From contig MEYT01000036.1 of assembly GCA_001774105.1 (NCBI GenBank), forward strand, positions 1 to 38,352: a stretch of 38,352 bases of DNA. Direction: 5' to 3'. This document shows, piece by piece, positions 1 to 9,229 of the stretch (positions are counted from its first letter, which is position 1; each line of letters opens with the position of its first letter). Source of the DNA: Candidatus Azambacteria bacterium RIFCSPLOWO2_01_FULL_46_26. GTDB taxonomy: Bacteria; Patescibacteriota; Minisyncoccia; UBA9936. The notes beneath the pieces are model-generated. The model worked only from the letters and a program-made list of their open reading frames with translations. It was not told where the DNA came from and made no database searches. Made by a program: the position numbers and the translations under genes.

Positions 1-52
1 ACCCGGGCTGCAAGACCCCCAGCCTCGCGTACTACCACTATACGACGTCCCG
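1..52 (-). tRNA. tRNA-Pro(GGG), 3' part cut off by the window edge
   Basis: Reverse complement reads CGGGACG-TC-GTAT-AGTGGT-AGTAC-G-CGAGG-CTGGGGG-TCTTG-CAGC-CCGGG-T: acceptor 5' strand starting CGG, D arm, anticodon GGG, start of T arm. Confidence 0.9.
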
Positions 53-88
53 AAAAAAGGCCGCGGACTGGCCGCGGCTCTTTAGGCG

Positions 89-280
89 TTACTTCTTTTC
101 CTTATAAAGAGTTCGCATGCATTCGGTGCAGATTTTGGCCTTTTTCCCCGAAGGCAAAACAGCCCATTGAAGATTAGGGTATTTTCTTTTTTTCGTTGTC
201 GGGTTATACTTACCGCGTAGCTTTATCAGGCGCGTGACCAAAGTTGATTTTTTACCGCAATTTAGACAGATTCTGGACAT
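89..280 (-). CDS. rpmB: 50S ribosomal protein L28
   Basis: 63 aa basic protein; MSRICxxCGK, YPNLQ and KICTECMRT match the zinc-binding form of bL28. Confidence 0.92.
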   Translation of the reverse strand: MSRICLNCGKKSTLVTRLIKLRGKYNPTTKKRKYPNLQWAVLPSGKKAKICTECMRTLYKEKK

Positions 281-345
281 AAAAATATAATCTTTTAATT
301 TTCTGATTCGTAGGTATCATACTATAATTTTATTTTTTTTGCAAC

Positions 346-978
346 ATGGCGATTGAATTTTACGTTTTTTATATTGCCGTACTGATTTTTTCCGTCGTAA
401 TCCACGAGGTGTCGCACGGAACGATAGCCAACCGGCTCGGCGACCCGACGGCAAAATTCGCCGGCCGCTTGACTTTGAATCCCATTAAACATTTAGATTT
501 ATGGGGATCCATTATATTGCCGGTCTTTTTAATACTTGTAAGAAGTCCGATTCTTTTCGGCTGGGCAAAGCCGGTGCCTTATAACCCCTATAATCTCAAG
601 AACCAAAAATGGGGGCCGGCCATGGTGGCCGCGGCGGGTCCGGCCAGCAATTTGCTTTTAGCGGTTTTTTTCGGCCTGATTATCCGGCTTGCCGGCGCCT
701 TTGATCAATCGGGATTTTTCGGCCTGCTCGCCGGCTATTTTCAAATCATTGTTTTTTTAAACTTAACCTTGGCGATTTTTAATCTTCTGCCGATACCGCC
801 GCTTGACGGCTCAAAAGTCCTTTTTGCCGCCCTGCCTTATTCTTACGAACACATTAGAGTGTTTCTTGAACAATACGGCCTCGTTATTCTTCTTTTTGTA
901 CTTTTTTTCGGAGGTAATTTCATCTTTCCCGTCATCCGATTTCTTTTTCAAATAATCACCGGAACCGACATTTTCTGA
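346..978 (+). CDS. Site-2 protease family (M50) membrane metalloprotease
   Basis: HEVSH, GRLTLNP, AAAGPASN and NLLPIPPLDG motifs; several hydrophobic helices. Confidence 0.93.
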   Translation: MAIEFYVFYIAVLIFSVVIHEVSHGTIANRLGDPTAKFAGRLTLNPIKHLDLWGSIILPVFLILVRSPILFGWAKPVPYNPYNLKNQKWGPAMVAAAGPASNLLLAVFFGLIIRLAGAFDQSGFFGLLAGYFQIIVFLNLTLAIFNLLPIPPLDGSKVLFAALPYSYEHIRVFLEQYGLVILLFVLFFGGNFIFPVIRFLFQIITGTDIF

Positions 979-999
979 TTTTGAAACAACCTCAAAGAT

Positions 1000-1026
1000 A
1001 AAACCCCGATTTGGATCGGGGTTTTT
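1000..1026. terminator. Bidirectional intrinsic terminator between convergent genes
   Basis: AAAACCCCGAT-ttgg-ATCGGGGTTTT hairpin with A and T tracts on either side. Confidence 0.8.
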
Positions 1027-1038
1027 AAATTTTATTGA

Positions 1039-2142
1039 TTAAACCTCTTCAAATATAAACGGCAGACGATGAAAAATATTTTTCATCTTTTCCCGCCATT
1101 CACTTTTATTTTCGGTCCCGTCGAGCAGATACAGCAGCGCGGCGAACGAAGACAGCAAAGAATTTCCGTCCTGAGGAGTGAAGCAGGTTCCTTCAATCTC
1201 TCTTCCGCCGTTCAAGACCTCAAGCGACGGCAGGCAGACGACGGTTTGATTTAAAATTCTTCCGAAATGCCCCCAGTCGCGTCCGGCGGAAAAGACGACG
1301 TTGTTCATCGTCTGGTGCGTCGTGGCGGTTAAAGGATTTTCCCAGAAACGGGCGGTTGCTTCGGCCAAAGTCAGCGATGTTTTCAGTTTTAAATTGAAAT
1401 CAATCACGTGCATGTACGGGTTGGGCGACTTGTGCGCCCGGCTGTGGATGTCCAGATCGCCACGGACGCTGATCGTCCTCAAGACCGCCATTGCGTCAGC
1501 CGCCTGATGCGAACCAAACTTCGGATCGCTCGGAGTTCCAACCTCAATTCCGATGATTCCTTTCTTTTGGCTGACGTCGCTTACGCGGCGCTGGAGATAA
1601 AAGCGTCCGCTTTCCAGATAATTCGGCCCTTCATGCGCCAGGACCAAAGTTTGCAGAATGGCCAAAATGTTGTGGGTATTGCAGGAAACCACCTGAATGA
1701 ATTTATGCGGCGAGCCGGACCAATAAAGCGCCTTATTATTGATATTGTAAGCGAAAGGGATTCCGAATCCCTTGGCGCCGCCTTGGGCGATAAAACCGCG
1801 GCACTTTTGCGTATGGTGCCGATAAAAATAAAAATCCTCCTTCATTTTCAAAGCCAGATCGTCCTTCGTGCAATCAATGATAACATTGGCCAAAGAAAGA
1901 GCTGTTTCAAAATCATAATCCGGCGTCATGCCGAATTGGACGAACTTTGAAAATTTTTCTTTATACGCGCAGATTTTGGCGCCGCAGGATTGAAAACGCC
2001 GAACCATGCCGACATCTTCAACCCGGGGCGTATTTTTGAGAATTATGATTTCGTCAATTCCGAGCTGGCTTTTAAGCTCCAAAGCGGCTTTTGCCAGCGG
2101 CTGGCCGATCGTTCCGGTGCCGACAATCAGTACTCTTGTCAT
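1039..2142 (-). CDS. Type II (archaeal-type) glyceraldehyde-3-phosphate dehydrogenase-like NAD(P)-dependent oxidoreductase
   Basis: Rossmann GTGTIG, IIDCT, AQGG and catalytic-like VVSCNTH (archaeal GAPDH has VVSCNT; bacterial type I has ASCTTNC). Confidence 0.65.
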   Translation of the reverse strand: MTRVLIVGTGTIGQPLAKAALELKSQLGIDEIIILKNTPRVEDVGMVRRFQSCGAKICAYKEKFSKFVQFGMTPDYDFETALSLANVIIDCTKDDLALKMKEDFYFYRHHTQKCRGFIAQGGAKGFGIPFAYNINNKALYWSGSPHKFIQVVSCNTHNILAILQTLVLAHEGPNYLESGRFYLQRRVSDVSQKKGIIGIEVGTPSDPKFGSHQAADAMAVLRTISVRGDLDIHSRAHKSPNPYMHVIDFNLKLKTSLTLAEATARFWENPLTATTHQTMNNVVFSAGRDWGHFGRILNQTVVCLPSLEVLNGGREIEGTCFTPQDGNSLLSSFAALLYLLDGTENKSEWREKMKNIFHRLPFIFEEV

Positions 2143-2223
2143 TTTCTCTCCGATTTATTGTCAAAGAACCTCTGCTTTTTGTTTAACATTTAACGGACTA
2201 AAAGTCAATTTGCTTAACCAAAT

Positions 2224-2376
2224 AAAAAAGCTTTGCCGCCAAGAAGTTAAGTGATTTTAGAAAAAATCCAAGTGGGTGCCCGCAATTTCGGCCCACAGGC
2301 CGAAATGATATAGAGCTCCCGGTCAAGAACGATTGACCTAAAATCATGCTTGACTTTCTTGTGCGGCAAAGCTTTT
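2224..2376 (-). ncRNA. ssrS: Probable 6S RNA
   Basis: About 150 nt rod-like fold: AAAGCTTTGCCGC/GCGGCAAAGCTTT closing stem, TGATTTTAG/CTAAAATCA inner stem, central bubble, GGGAGC...GGGCACCC helix and terminal hairpin ATTTCGGCC/GGCCGAAAT; sigma70-like promoter directly upstream. Confidence 0.65.
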
Positions 2377-2379
2377 TTA

Positions 2380-2408
2380 ATTATAGCGCATTTCCAAAGG
2401 CAAGTAAA
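2380..2408 (-). promoter_or_regulatory. Sigma70-type promoter of the putative 6S RNA
   Basis: TTTACT-N17-TATAAT on the minus strand, ending a few nt before the long hairpin. Confidence 0.6.
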
Positions 2409-2409
2409 T

Positions 2410-2880
2410 TCAGGCGGCTTTGATAATGCGGTCGACATCGCCGATTTCATCCAGAATTCCCGGAATTAAATCGTATTTTTTCGCCTCTTCAAACGAAACC
2501 CAGGCGTATTCGGTCAGGTCCTGGCATAATTTGACTTCTCCCGAACCGTATTCGCACCAGTAAGAAAACGTGATTACCGGCCAGCCGTCCGGACGGATGA
2601 AAACCAAATCCGTAAGATAGCGGGGCTTTTCTATTTCAAGATTTACTTCTTCTCTCACTTCCTTTTTCAACAGCCAATCGATGATCCCGTACCAGGCGTC
2701 GGTTGTGGTTTTGGGCACGTTTTGATATTCGGTCAGCACGAGTTTGCCGCCCGGCACGGTCCACATGTTCGGGTACGCTTTTTCACGGGGCGAGCGTTTG
2801 ACGATGAGAAACTTGCCGTCTTTGGCGATAATGGCCGTGGCGACGACGAAATGAAGGCGGGGATCCAATTGATTTGACAT
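2410..2880 (-). CDS. NUDIX hydrolase
   Basis: WTVPGG and a degenerate Nudix box LKKEVREEVNL, with an insertion inside the box. Confidence 0.88.
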   Translation of the reverse strand: MSNQLDPRLHFVVATAIIAKDGKFLIVKRSPREKAYPNMWTVPGGKLVLTEYQNVPKTTTDAWYGIIDWLLKKEVREEVNLEIEKPRYLTDLVFIRPDGWPVITFSYWCEYGSGEVKLCQDLTEYAWVSFEEAKKYDLIPGILDEIGDVDRIIKAA

Positions 2881-2896
2881 AAGGAACGCCTGCGAA

Positions 2897-3487
2897 TTAA
2901 AACATTATATCCTCCTCGGCGCGTTTGTACTCAAAGATTTCCTCCGCGGCAAACCAAAACGCGAGCTCGTGCGTCGCTTCCTGAGGCGTTTCCGAAGCGT
3001 GAATCAGATTATGAACCGCCCGCTGATTTTTATTGGCCAAAGCAGCCGAGTCAACCGAAAAATCGCCGCGGATAGTTCCCATCTCGGCCAGCGCAGGAAT
3101 GGAATTGCCGACCAGTTTTCTGACCATATCAACGCTGTGAATTCCTTCCACAACTATTTTCACGATCGGTCCGGAAGTCATAAAATTGATAATCCACTCC
3201 CTGACCGCGACTCCGATTTTCATCGGGTCGTCGGTGCCCATTTCTTTAATCGGATCCCAGCCGTACTTTGCGTAAGTCGCCAATGACTTTTCGCCGAGCC
3301 GCTTGACCCATGCCTCGTCTTTCGGATAATGAAAATCTATTTGTTCTTTGCTCGCCCGAAGCATTTTCAGGGCGATAACCTTCAGGCCGCGCTTTTCTAT
3401 CCGGCCAATGATTTCTCCGATCAAACCGCGCTTAACGCCGTCCGGCTTGACCAAGACGACGGTGCGTTCTTGTGTTGGATGAGACAT
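2897..3487 (-). CDS. ndk: Nucleoside diphosphate kinase (long form)
   Basis: ERTVVLVKPDGVKRGLIGEI, GTIRGDF and active-site NLIHASE. Confidence 0.96.
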   Translation of the reverse strand: MSHPTQERTVVLVKPDGVKRGLIGEIIGRIEKRGLKVIALKMLRASKEQIDFHYPKDEAWVKRLGEKSLATYAKYGWDPIKEMGTDDPMKIGVAVREWIINFMTSGPIVKIVVEGIHSVDMVRKLVGNSIPALAEMGTIRGDFSVDSAALANKNQRAVHNLIHASETPQEATHELAFWFAAEEIFEYKRAEEDIMF

Positions 3488-3558
3488 AATTTTACGAAAT
3501 ATTAATTAACGCGAATATACGAATAAAATATCACAAATATTTTGAACAATCAACTTTT

Positions 3559-4443
3559 TTACCTCTCGGTTTTCACTTTCAACTCTCGACCATTGCTCAA
3601 TATTTCAACCGTGCCGTTTATGTCGTTTCTGAAAATTTGCGTTCCAAATTGTCCAAGCCGCGTCAAAACTTCGCGGGTCGGGTGGCCATAGGAATTTTTA
3701 CGGCCGACCTGAATCACGGCGATTTTTGGGCCAACGGCTTTTAAAAATTCTTCGGAACTTGAGGTCTTTGAACCGTGATGAGCGACTTTCAAGACGTCCG
3801 AGGCCAAATTTGCGCCGTTTTCGGCCGCGAGTCCGATTTCAACCGGCGCCTCAATGTCGCCGGTAAGCAGAAAAGAATTTTTGCCGAAACTCAGACGGCC
3901 GACAATTGAGGCGTTATTCACGTCGCCGGAATAATATTTGCCGGCCAAATCTTTTTCGGGATGCAGAATTTCAAAATAAACCCCAGAGCCCAGCCGAATT
4001 TTCTGTCCTTTTTTGGCGATCGTCACGGGAATATTTTTCTCTTCAATGACCTTTTGCCATTCCGCGAAAGCCGGTGAATTATACAAAACGCCGGTGGTCA
4101 AAATCCGGCCGATTTTATACCGTTTCGCGACTTCAATCAGGCCGGCCATGTGATCAAGCTGAGGGTGAGTCAAAATCATCAAATCAATCGAGCGATCGTA
4201 AAAAGGCATCAGCCGCCCGAGCCGCGACAGAATTATCGAATCCGGCCCGCCGTCCACGAGGACTTGATTGCCGGCAGGGGTCTGAATGAAAATAGCGTCG
4301 CCTTGGCCGACGTCAAGATAATTAACGGACACGGAATCGCCGGGCGGCAATGTCAGGACGACAAACCAGACCAAAAACGCGGTTGCCGCGAGAAATCCCA
4401 AAAAATAAAATTTTAAATTCTTGATAAACCTTGACTTTTTCAT
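3559..4443 (-). CDS. ComEC-associated metallo-beta-lactamase-fold protein (stand-alone C-terminal nuclease domain)
   Basis: LDVGQGDA, THPQLDHMAG, LTGD, KVAHHGSKTS and GHP motifs; N-terminal membrane anchor. Confidence 0.92.
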   Translation of the reverse strand: MKKSRFIKNLKFYFLGFLAATAFLVWFVVLTLPPGDSVSVNYLDVGQGDAIFIQTPAGNQVLVDGGPDSIILSRLGRLMPFYDRSIDLMILTHPQLDHMAGLIEVAKRYKIGRILTTGVLYNSPAFAEWQKVIEEKNIPVTIAKKGQKIRLGSGVYFEILHPEKDLAGKYYSGDVNNASIVGRLSFGKNSFLLTGDIEAPVEIGLAAENGANLASDVLKVAHHGSKTSSSEEFLKAVGPKIAVIQVGRKNSYGHPTREVLTRLGQFGTQIFRNDINGTVEILSNGRELKVKTER

Positions 4444-4459
4444 TAATATGAATTATACT
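4431..4459 (+). promoter_or_regulatory. Sigma70-type promoter for the small Cys-rich ORF
   Basis: TTGACT-N17-TATACT, overlapping the start of the divergent MBL gene. Confidence 0.55.
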
Positions 4460-4490
4460 ATAATAACAAAATTTAAAGAGAGGAGGGGGA

Positions 4491-4688
4491 ATGAAGACAG
4501 TAGAGGAAAAGGGAAACGCCTGCCACGACAGATTCGAAGAAGGACGGGGAAACAGCACGGGTCCCGAACACATGACAGAGACAAACCAGCTGGTGGAATG
4601 CCTGCACTGCCCCGACGCGGCGGAATGCTGGGAAGACAAAGAACAAATTTTTAATCTTTTAAGACAAAACCAGTACAGCCAGGAATAA
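4491..4688 (+). CDS. Small acidic Cys-containing hypothetical protein
   Basis: 65 aa; strong SD (GAGGAGGGGG) and upstream promoter; fills the gap between the two comEC halves; C-x25-CxxC-x5-C pattern. Confidence 0.6.
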   Translation: MKTVEEKGNACHDRFEEGRGNSTGPEHMTETNQLVECLHCPDAAECWEDKEQIFNLLRQNQYSQE

Positions 4689-4699
4689 CAAACGTTTAA

Positions 4700-6256
4700 T
4701 CAAACGGGGCCGGAAAATAAACCGGCTCTTTTCTTTAACCAAAAACCAAGCCAAATCAAAAGAGCGTAATACAAAACGGCGAAAATAAAAGGAAAATTAA
4801 AAATTTCAAGCGAAGCGTAAGGAAATTTGGCCAGGCCTTCGACAACCCAAATTTCATAGCTCAAAAACAGCCAGACAACGGAAGCGGCGATCTTGGCCAA
4901 GGGCATAAAAACAAAACCGAGCGCGGCCGAAATAAAACCGAAAAACATGGTCAGCGGAATTGCCGGCAAAATCAAAACGTTGGCCAAAGGAGAAATCAGG
5001 GAGAGCCGGTCGAAATTGTAAATTAAAACCGGCAGAACCGCCGCTTGAGCCGATATCGTCGTCAGGAATATTTCTTTTATTTTTTCAAAAGCGCGCTTTG
5101 CAAACGGCGTTAATTTTTCTTCCATTTCCTGTTTCATGAAAATTCTCGCCAAAATCGGCTGGAAATAAATCAAGCCCAGCGCGGCCAAAAAAGAAAGCTG
5201 AAAGCCCGCGTCCCAACGTAAAAGTTTCGGATTAAACCAAAGCATCGCCGCGGCGGCGAAAACAAGAGCGTTGGTAACCTGATAAATCCGCCCTTCTTTC
5301 GAGGCCAACAAAACCAAAGAACCCATGATCGCGGCCCTGACCACCGAGGCCTGAGCGCCGGTCAGCGCGGTAAAAAATAAAATGGTCAGCAAAGTGAGCC
5401 AAAAAATCATCGGCCGCGACAATCGCAAAAATCCCAAAAACGCGGCCAGAACGAAAGCAATGATGGTTATGTTGTAGCCGGAAATGGCAATAATATGAGT
5501 GACGCCGGCAGTATTAAAAGCCTCCATCAAATCCGGCGGAATGGCCTGGCGGCTGCCGATCAAAAGCGCGCTTAAAAATGAGGCTTGCGGCTCGGGCAAA
5601 ATTTGAGCGATAACTTCTTCAAACTTATTTTTGAAAGATAAAATATATCGGTAATAAATTTTTCCGTTGCCGAAAGAAATCTGATTGATGTATTTTGGAT
5701 AAGCGATAACGGAAAAAATATCGTCTTTTGCCAAAAAGGCGCGGTAATCAAAATCATCAAATTTCGGCGGGGTCTTCAATTTGCCGACGATCTCTATTTC
5801 GTCGCCGTACTGATATCGCGGATATTTTCGGGCCGTTACGATGATTCTTCCGCCGACGCCTGCCTGCGCAGGCAGGTTTGTCTCGGCGTTGCCGGCCAAT
5901 TTAATTTTCGACGCCCTGACTTCGTATTTGACGGCTGCCGGCCCGGCCTCCGGTTCATTATCGATAATTCCGATAATGGACGCTTCCCCCAAATCGTTGT
6001 AAGAGCTTATCGGAATTTCCGGCGACAAATTCTCCGGCTTTGAAAGAAAATCCTGCCGCCAAAAAGCGACCGCGGCGACAATGACGCAAAAACCCAACAA
6101 AACAATTTTTTTGTTCTTCCAAAAAACGGAAATTAAAAATATTCCCAAAATCAAAATTCCCCCTAAAAATGACGGGGGAATTTTGATTAAAGAACTCAGT
6201 CCGATTCCAACAATGAAAGAAAAACAGAGGAGTAAAAATATTTTCGCCTTGGACAT
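4700..6256 (-). CDS. comEC: ComEC/Rec2 DNA uptake channel (OB-fold plus competence domain)
   Basis: GVTHIIAISGYNI, ASVVRAAIMG and DAGFQLSFLA motifs; many TM helices. Confidence 0.95.
   Translation of the reverse strand: MSKAKIFLLLCFSFIVGIGLSSLIKIPPSFLGGILILGIFLISVFWKNKKIVLLGFCVIVAAVAFWRQDFLSKPENLSPEIPISSYNDLGEASIIGIIDNEPEAGPAAVKYEVRASKIKLAGNAETNLPAQAGVGGRIIVTARKYPRYQYGDEIEIVGKLKTPPKFDDFDYRAFLAKDDIFSVIAYPKYINQISFGNGKIYYRYILSFKNKFEEVIAQILPEPQASFLSALLIGSRQAIPPDLMEAFNTAGVTHIIAISGYNITIIAFVLAAFLGFLRLSRPMIFWLTLLTILFFTALTGAQASVVRAAIMGSLVLLASKEGRIYQVTNALVFAAAAMLWFNPKLLRWDAGFQLSFLAALGLIYFQPILARIFMKQEMEEKLTPFAKRAFEKIKEIFLTTISAQAAVLPVLIYNFDRLSLISPLANVLILPAIPLTMFFGFISAALGFVFMPLAKIAASVVWLFLSYEIWVVEGLAKFPYASLEIFNFPFIFAVLYYALLIWLGFWLKKRAGLFSGPV
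5859..5876. repeat. 18-bp perfect palindrome inserted in frame in comEC
   Basis: CCTGCCTGCGCAGGCAGG, translated as LPAQAG. Confidence 0.75.
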
Positions 6257-6263
6257 GATAAAG

Positions 6264-8456
6264 CTAGATTGTGCAGGTCGGGCAGGAGCCGGGCAGAATA
6301 TCAGGAATAGTCGCTTCGGGGTCTTTAAGTTCGGGCGAAATTTCCTGCTCCATGACCAACTTCGTTTCCTCCTTTTGAGGCGCCGCTCCGACTTGCAGAA
6401 TCTGCATTTGTTTTGAACCGCTTCTGTAAATGGTGATGCCCTTGCATCCGTATTTATAAGCCAGCATATAGGCCTTCTTCACGTCCTCAAGAGTGGCGGT
6501 TTCCGGAAAATTGATGGTTTTAGACACGGCATTGTCAACGTGTTTTTGAAAAGCCGCCTGCATTTTGACGTGATCTTCGGGAGTGATATCGTGAGCGGTC
6601 ACAAAAATTTTCTGCCACCTCAAAGGAACTTCTTTCAATCCCTGAACGCTTCCGGTCGCCGCCACTTTGTTCAACAAATCATCCGTATAAAAGCCTTCTT
6701 TTCGCGCGATTTCTTCAAAAAGAGGATTAATTTCAAGCAGTTCAACCGGTTTTTCCGCTTCTTTGCCGATGAAAGAATAGCGCCTATAAACCAAGGCAAA
6801 AATCGGCTCAATTCCCTGGGAAACTCCGGCAATGATGCCGATGGTACCGGTCGGCGCGATAGTGGTCGTCGCGACGTTTCTCATTCTCGTCCCGCCTTTT
6901 CTGTCAAAAACGCTGCCTTTAAAATTCGGAAAAACGCCCCGTTTTTTGGCCAGCTCGTTTGACATTCGATCCGCTTCGTCGTCGATGAACTTCATGATTT
7001 TGGACGCCAACTGAAACGCCTTTTGCGAGTTGTAGGGAATCGCGAGCCGAATCAGCATGTCGGACCAACCCATCACGCCCAAACCGATGCGGCGATTGCC
7101 GCGAGTCATTGCCTCTATTTCGGGCAAAGGATAGCGGTTCATCTCCACGACGTTATCCAAAAAATGAACCGCGTCGCGCACGGTCTCGCGCAAATGTTCC
7201 CAATCAACGTCCCACCTCTGCTTTTTTTGCTTCAACATCTTGATCAAATTAATGCTCCCCAAATTGCACGACTCATACGGCAACAGCGGCTGTTCGCCGC
7301 ACGGATTGGTCGCCTCAATCTTGCCCAAGTACGGCGTCGGATTGCCCCGCTCATTGTTCATTCTGTCAATGAAAACTACACCCGGATCGCCCGTTTCCCA
7401 GGCAAGTTTCACGATTAAATCCAAAACTTCCCCGGCATCCAATTGCTTGACCGTCTGACCGCTGCGGGGGTTTATCAAATCATAGTTTCTTCCCTTCTCG
7501 ACGGCATCCATGAACTCGTCGGTGATGGCGACGGAAATGTTGAAATTTTGCAAAATTCCTTCGCTCTTTTTGGCGGTGATGAACTCCATAACGTCAGGGT
7601 GATCCACTCTCAGAATTCCCATGTTCGCTCCTCTTCTTTTTCCGCCCTGCTTAATCACTTCCGTCGCTTTGTCAAAAACGGTCATGAAAGAAACCGGGCC
7701 GGAAGCGACTCCGCTTGTTGATTTAACGACATCCCCTTTCGGCCTCAAACGCGCGAACGAAAATCCGGTGCCCCCACCGCTTTGATGAATCAAAGCGGTG
7801 TCGCGAATCGCGCCGAAAATGCTTCCTATTGAATCTTCAACCGGGATAACAAAGCAGGCGGAGAGCTGCTGAAGAACCGAACCGGCGTTCATCAAAGTCG
7901 GAGAATTTGGCAAAAACTCCAAAAGAGCTTTCATCCGAAAAAATTTTTCTTCGGTTTTAAAAAGCTCGTCGTCACCGATGTTGGGATTATAAATCTTTTC
8001 GGCCGCGGCGATATTCTGAGCGACCCGCTTGAATAGGTCGCTGGGCGTCTCAACCAATTTTCCGTTGACGTCTTTTCTTAAATAGCGCGATTCCAAAACC
8101 TTCAGGGCGTTCGGCGTCAATTTTATCTTTACGTCTTTTGCCAAAAGAAAATACTTTAATTCCCGAATTTCGGTCCGCTTTTGGCGATAGGCGGCGTAAG
8201 CGTCGGCCACGTTTTTAAAACCCTCGACTTGAAGGGTTTCAATGACGATATCCTGAATATCTTCCACTCCCGGAGTTCGTTTCTGGAACCGTTCGTTTAA
8301 AACTTTCACGGCTTTATCCGAAATTCTCTTCGCCACGACGCCGTCCTCTTCGCCGGTCGCGGTAATCGCTTTATGGATCGCGTCGGTAATCCGCTTCTGG
8401 TCGAAAGGAACAACCCGACCGTCCCGTTTTTTGATTTGCTGAATTAAATTTTTCAT
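6264..8456 (-). CDS. nrdJ: Adenosylcobalamin-dependent (class II) ribonucleotide reductase with N-terminal ATP cone
   Basis: IKKRDGRVVPFD ATP cone; NSPTLMNAG, SACFV, TNPCGEQPL, CNLGS, TIAPTGT; KGITIYR lacks the class I Tyr-Tyr pair; C-terminal CPTC; no small subunit nearby. Confidence 0.9.
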   Translation of the reverse strand: MKNLIQQIKKRDGRVVPFDQKRITDAIHKAITATGEEDGVVAKRISDKAVKVLNERFQKRTPGVEDIQDIVIETLQVEGFKNVADAYAAYRQKRTEIRELKYFLLAKDVKIKLTPNALKVLESRYLRKDVNGKLVETPSDLFKRVAQNIAAAEKIYNPNIGDDELFKTEEKFFRMKALLEFLPNSPTLMNAGSVLQQLSACFVIPVEDSIGSIFGAIRDTALIHQSGGGTGFSFARLRPKGDVVKSTSGVASGPVSFMTVFDKATEVIKQGGKRRGANMGILRVDHPDVMEFITAKKSEGILQNFNISVAITDEFMDAVEKGRNYDLINPRSGQTVKQLDAGEVLDLIVKLAWETGDPGVVFIDRMNNERGNPTPYLGKIEATNPCGEQPLLPYESCNLGSINLIKMLKQKKQRWDVDWEHLRETVRDAVHFLDNVVEMNRYPLPEIEAMTRGNRRIGLGVMGWSDMLIRLAIPYNSQKAFQLASKIMKFIDDEADRMSNELAKKRGVFPNFKGSVFDRKGGTRMRNVATTTIAPTGTIGIIAGVSQGIEPIFALVYRRYSFIGKEAEKPVELLEINPLFEEIARKEGFYTDDLLNKVAATGSVQGLKEVPLRWQKIFVTAHDITPEDHVKMQAAFQKHVDNAVSKTINFPETATLEDVKKAYMLAYKYGCKGITIYRSGSKQMQILQVGAAPQKEETKLVMEQEISPELKDPEATIPDILPGSCPTCTI

Positions 8457-8458
8457 TC

Positions 8459-9220
8459 TTATTTTATCATTTTAAAGCTTTTTATCATCGCGTCGGCAAT
8501 CTCTAAAAATTTTACCACAGCCGGGTCTTGCCGAGAAGGATTAAAATGGCTTTCACTTGAAACCGTCAACGCGTAAATTTTGCCGCCGTAAGGGAGATAA
8601 ACAATCCTTGCCGAACCGCCTTCGGCGTCCAAATATTGCTCAAGGCCGGAGATTCCTGGAACGGAAATCTCTTTTTCGTAATAATCCAATCTGAACGCTT
8701 TGTCGGCCTCATAAAGTTTTTTAAGTTCGGCGGCTTCCTTCGCGGAAAGAAAACGATCAAAACTTCCCAAACCGGCGCCCGGCTCATCGGTTTGCTCCAG
8801 CCACCCCTGAAGATCGAACTGCTCCGGATTTTCCTTGACCGAAACAAAAAACAAGCCGGGGACGGCGGGCGTTTTTCCTTCGCCCCGCGGTTCGGCCGCA
8901 GGTTCAAACGTCGCGTAACCCTCGGTTTCCCGAACGTTCCAGTCTTTGGGATGGCTGATTTCGTACTCGCCGGAAAAACTTTTATAAAGCGACATTTCGA
9001 CAACGGCTTTTTCTTCCTTGGTCAATTCTTTTAATTCCTGTTCAAGTTTTTCGGTTTTTGTCATTTCTCTTTCAATCGCGACCCAGCTTTGCTGCCAGAG
9101 ATAATTAAAATAAATAAACGCCGCGATGACGAGTCCGGCGAGAATCAGCAGAAAATACGGATACTTCTCAATAAAATATTTCTTGAGACGTGCTTCAGTC
9201 TCCTGTTCGTAATAAACCAT
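8459..9220 (-). CDS. Membrane-anchored hypothetical protein, possibly PsbP-like extracellular domain
   Basis: Single TM helix, coiled-coil segment, YEISHPKDW and terminal MIKSFK pattern; tightly packed between ftsZ and nrdJ. Confidence 0.7.
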   Translation of the reverse strand: MVYYEQETEARLKKYFIEKYPYFLLILAGLVIAAFIYFNYLWQQSWVAIEREMTKTEKLEQELKELTKEEKAVVEMSLYKSFSGEYEISHPKDWNVRETEGYATFEPAAEPRGEGKTPAVPGLFFVSVKENPEQFDLQGWLEQTDEPGAGLGSFDRFLSAKEAAELKKLYEADKAFRLDYYEKEISVPGISGLEQYLDAEGGSARIVYLPYGGKIYALTVSSESHFNPSRQDPAVVKFLEIADAMIKSFKMIK

Positions 9221-9229
9221 TTTGATTTT

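Noticed and set aside
59-80. GGCCGCGG-act-GGCCGCGGC between rpmB and tRNA-Pro, and a similar stretch at about 8883-8902
   Set aside because: Too short and GC-rich to separate from chance; not called as a repeat family.
2247-2450. 67-aa ORF on the minus strand
   Set aside because: Overlaps the NUDIX end and the structured 6S-like RNA; no motif or SD.
4599-4630. Heme-binding motif in the small Cys-rich ORF
   Set aside because: The sequence is CLHCP, not CxxCH, and there is no export signal.
6264-8456. Class Ia RNR, or an intein/intron in the RNR
   Set aside because: No Tyr-Tyr pair or nrdB; the length and continuous motifs leave no room for an intein.
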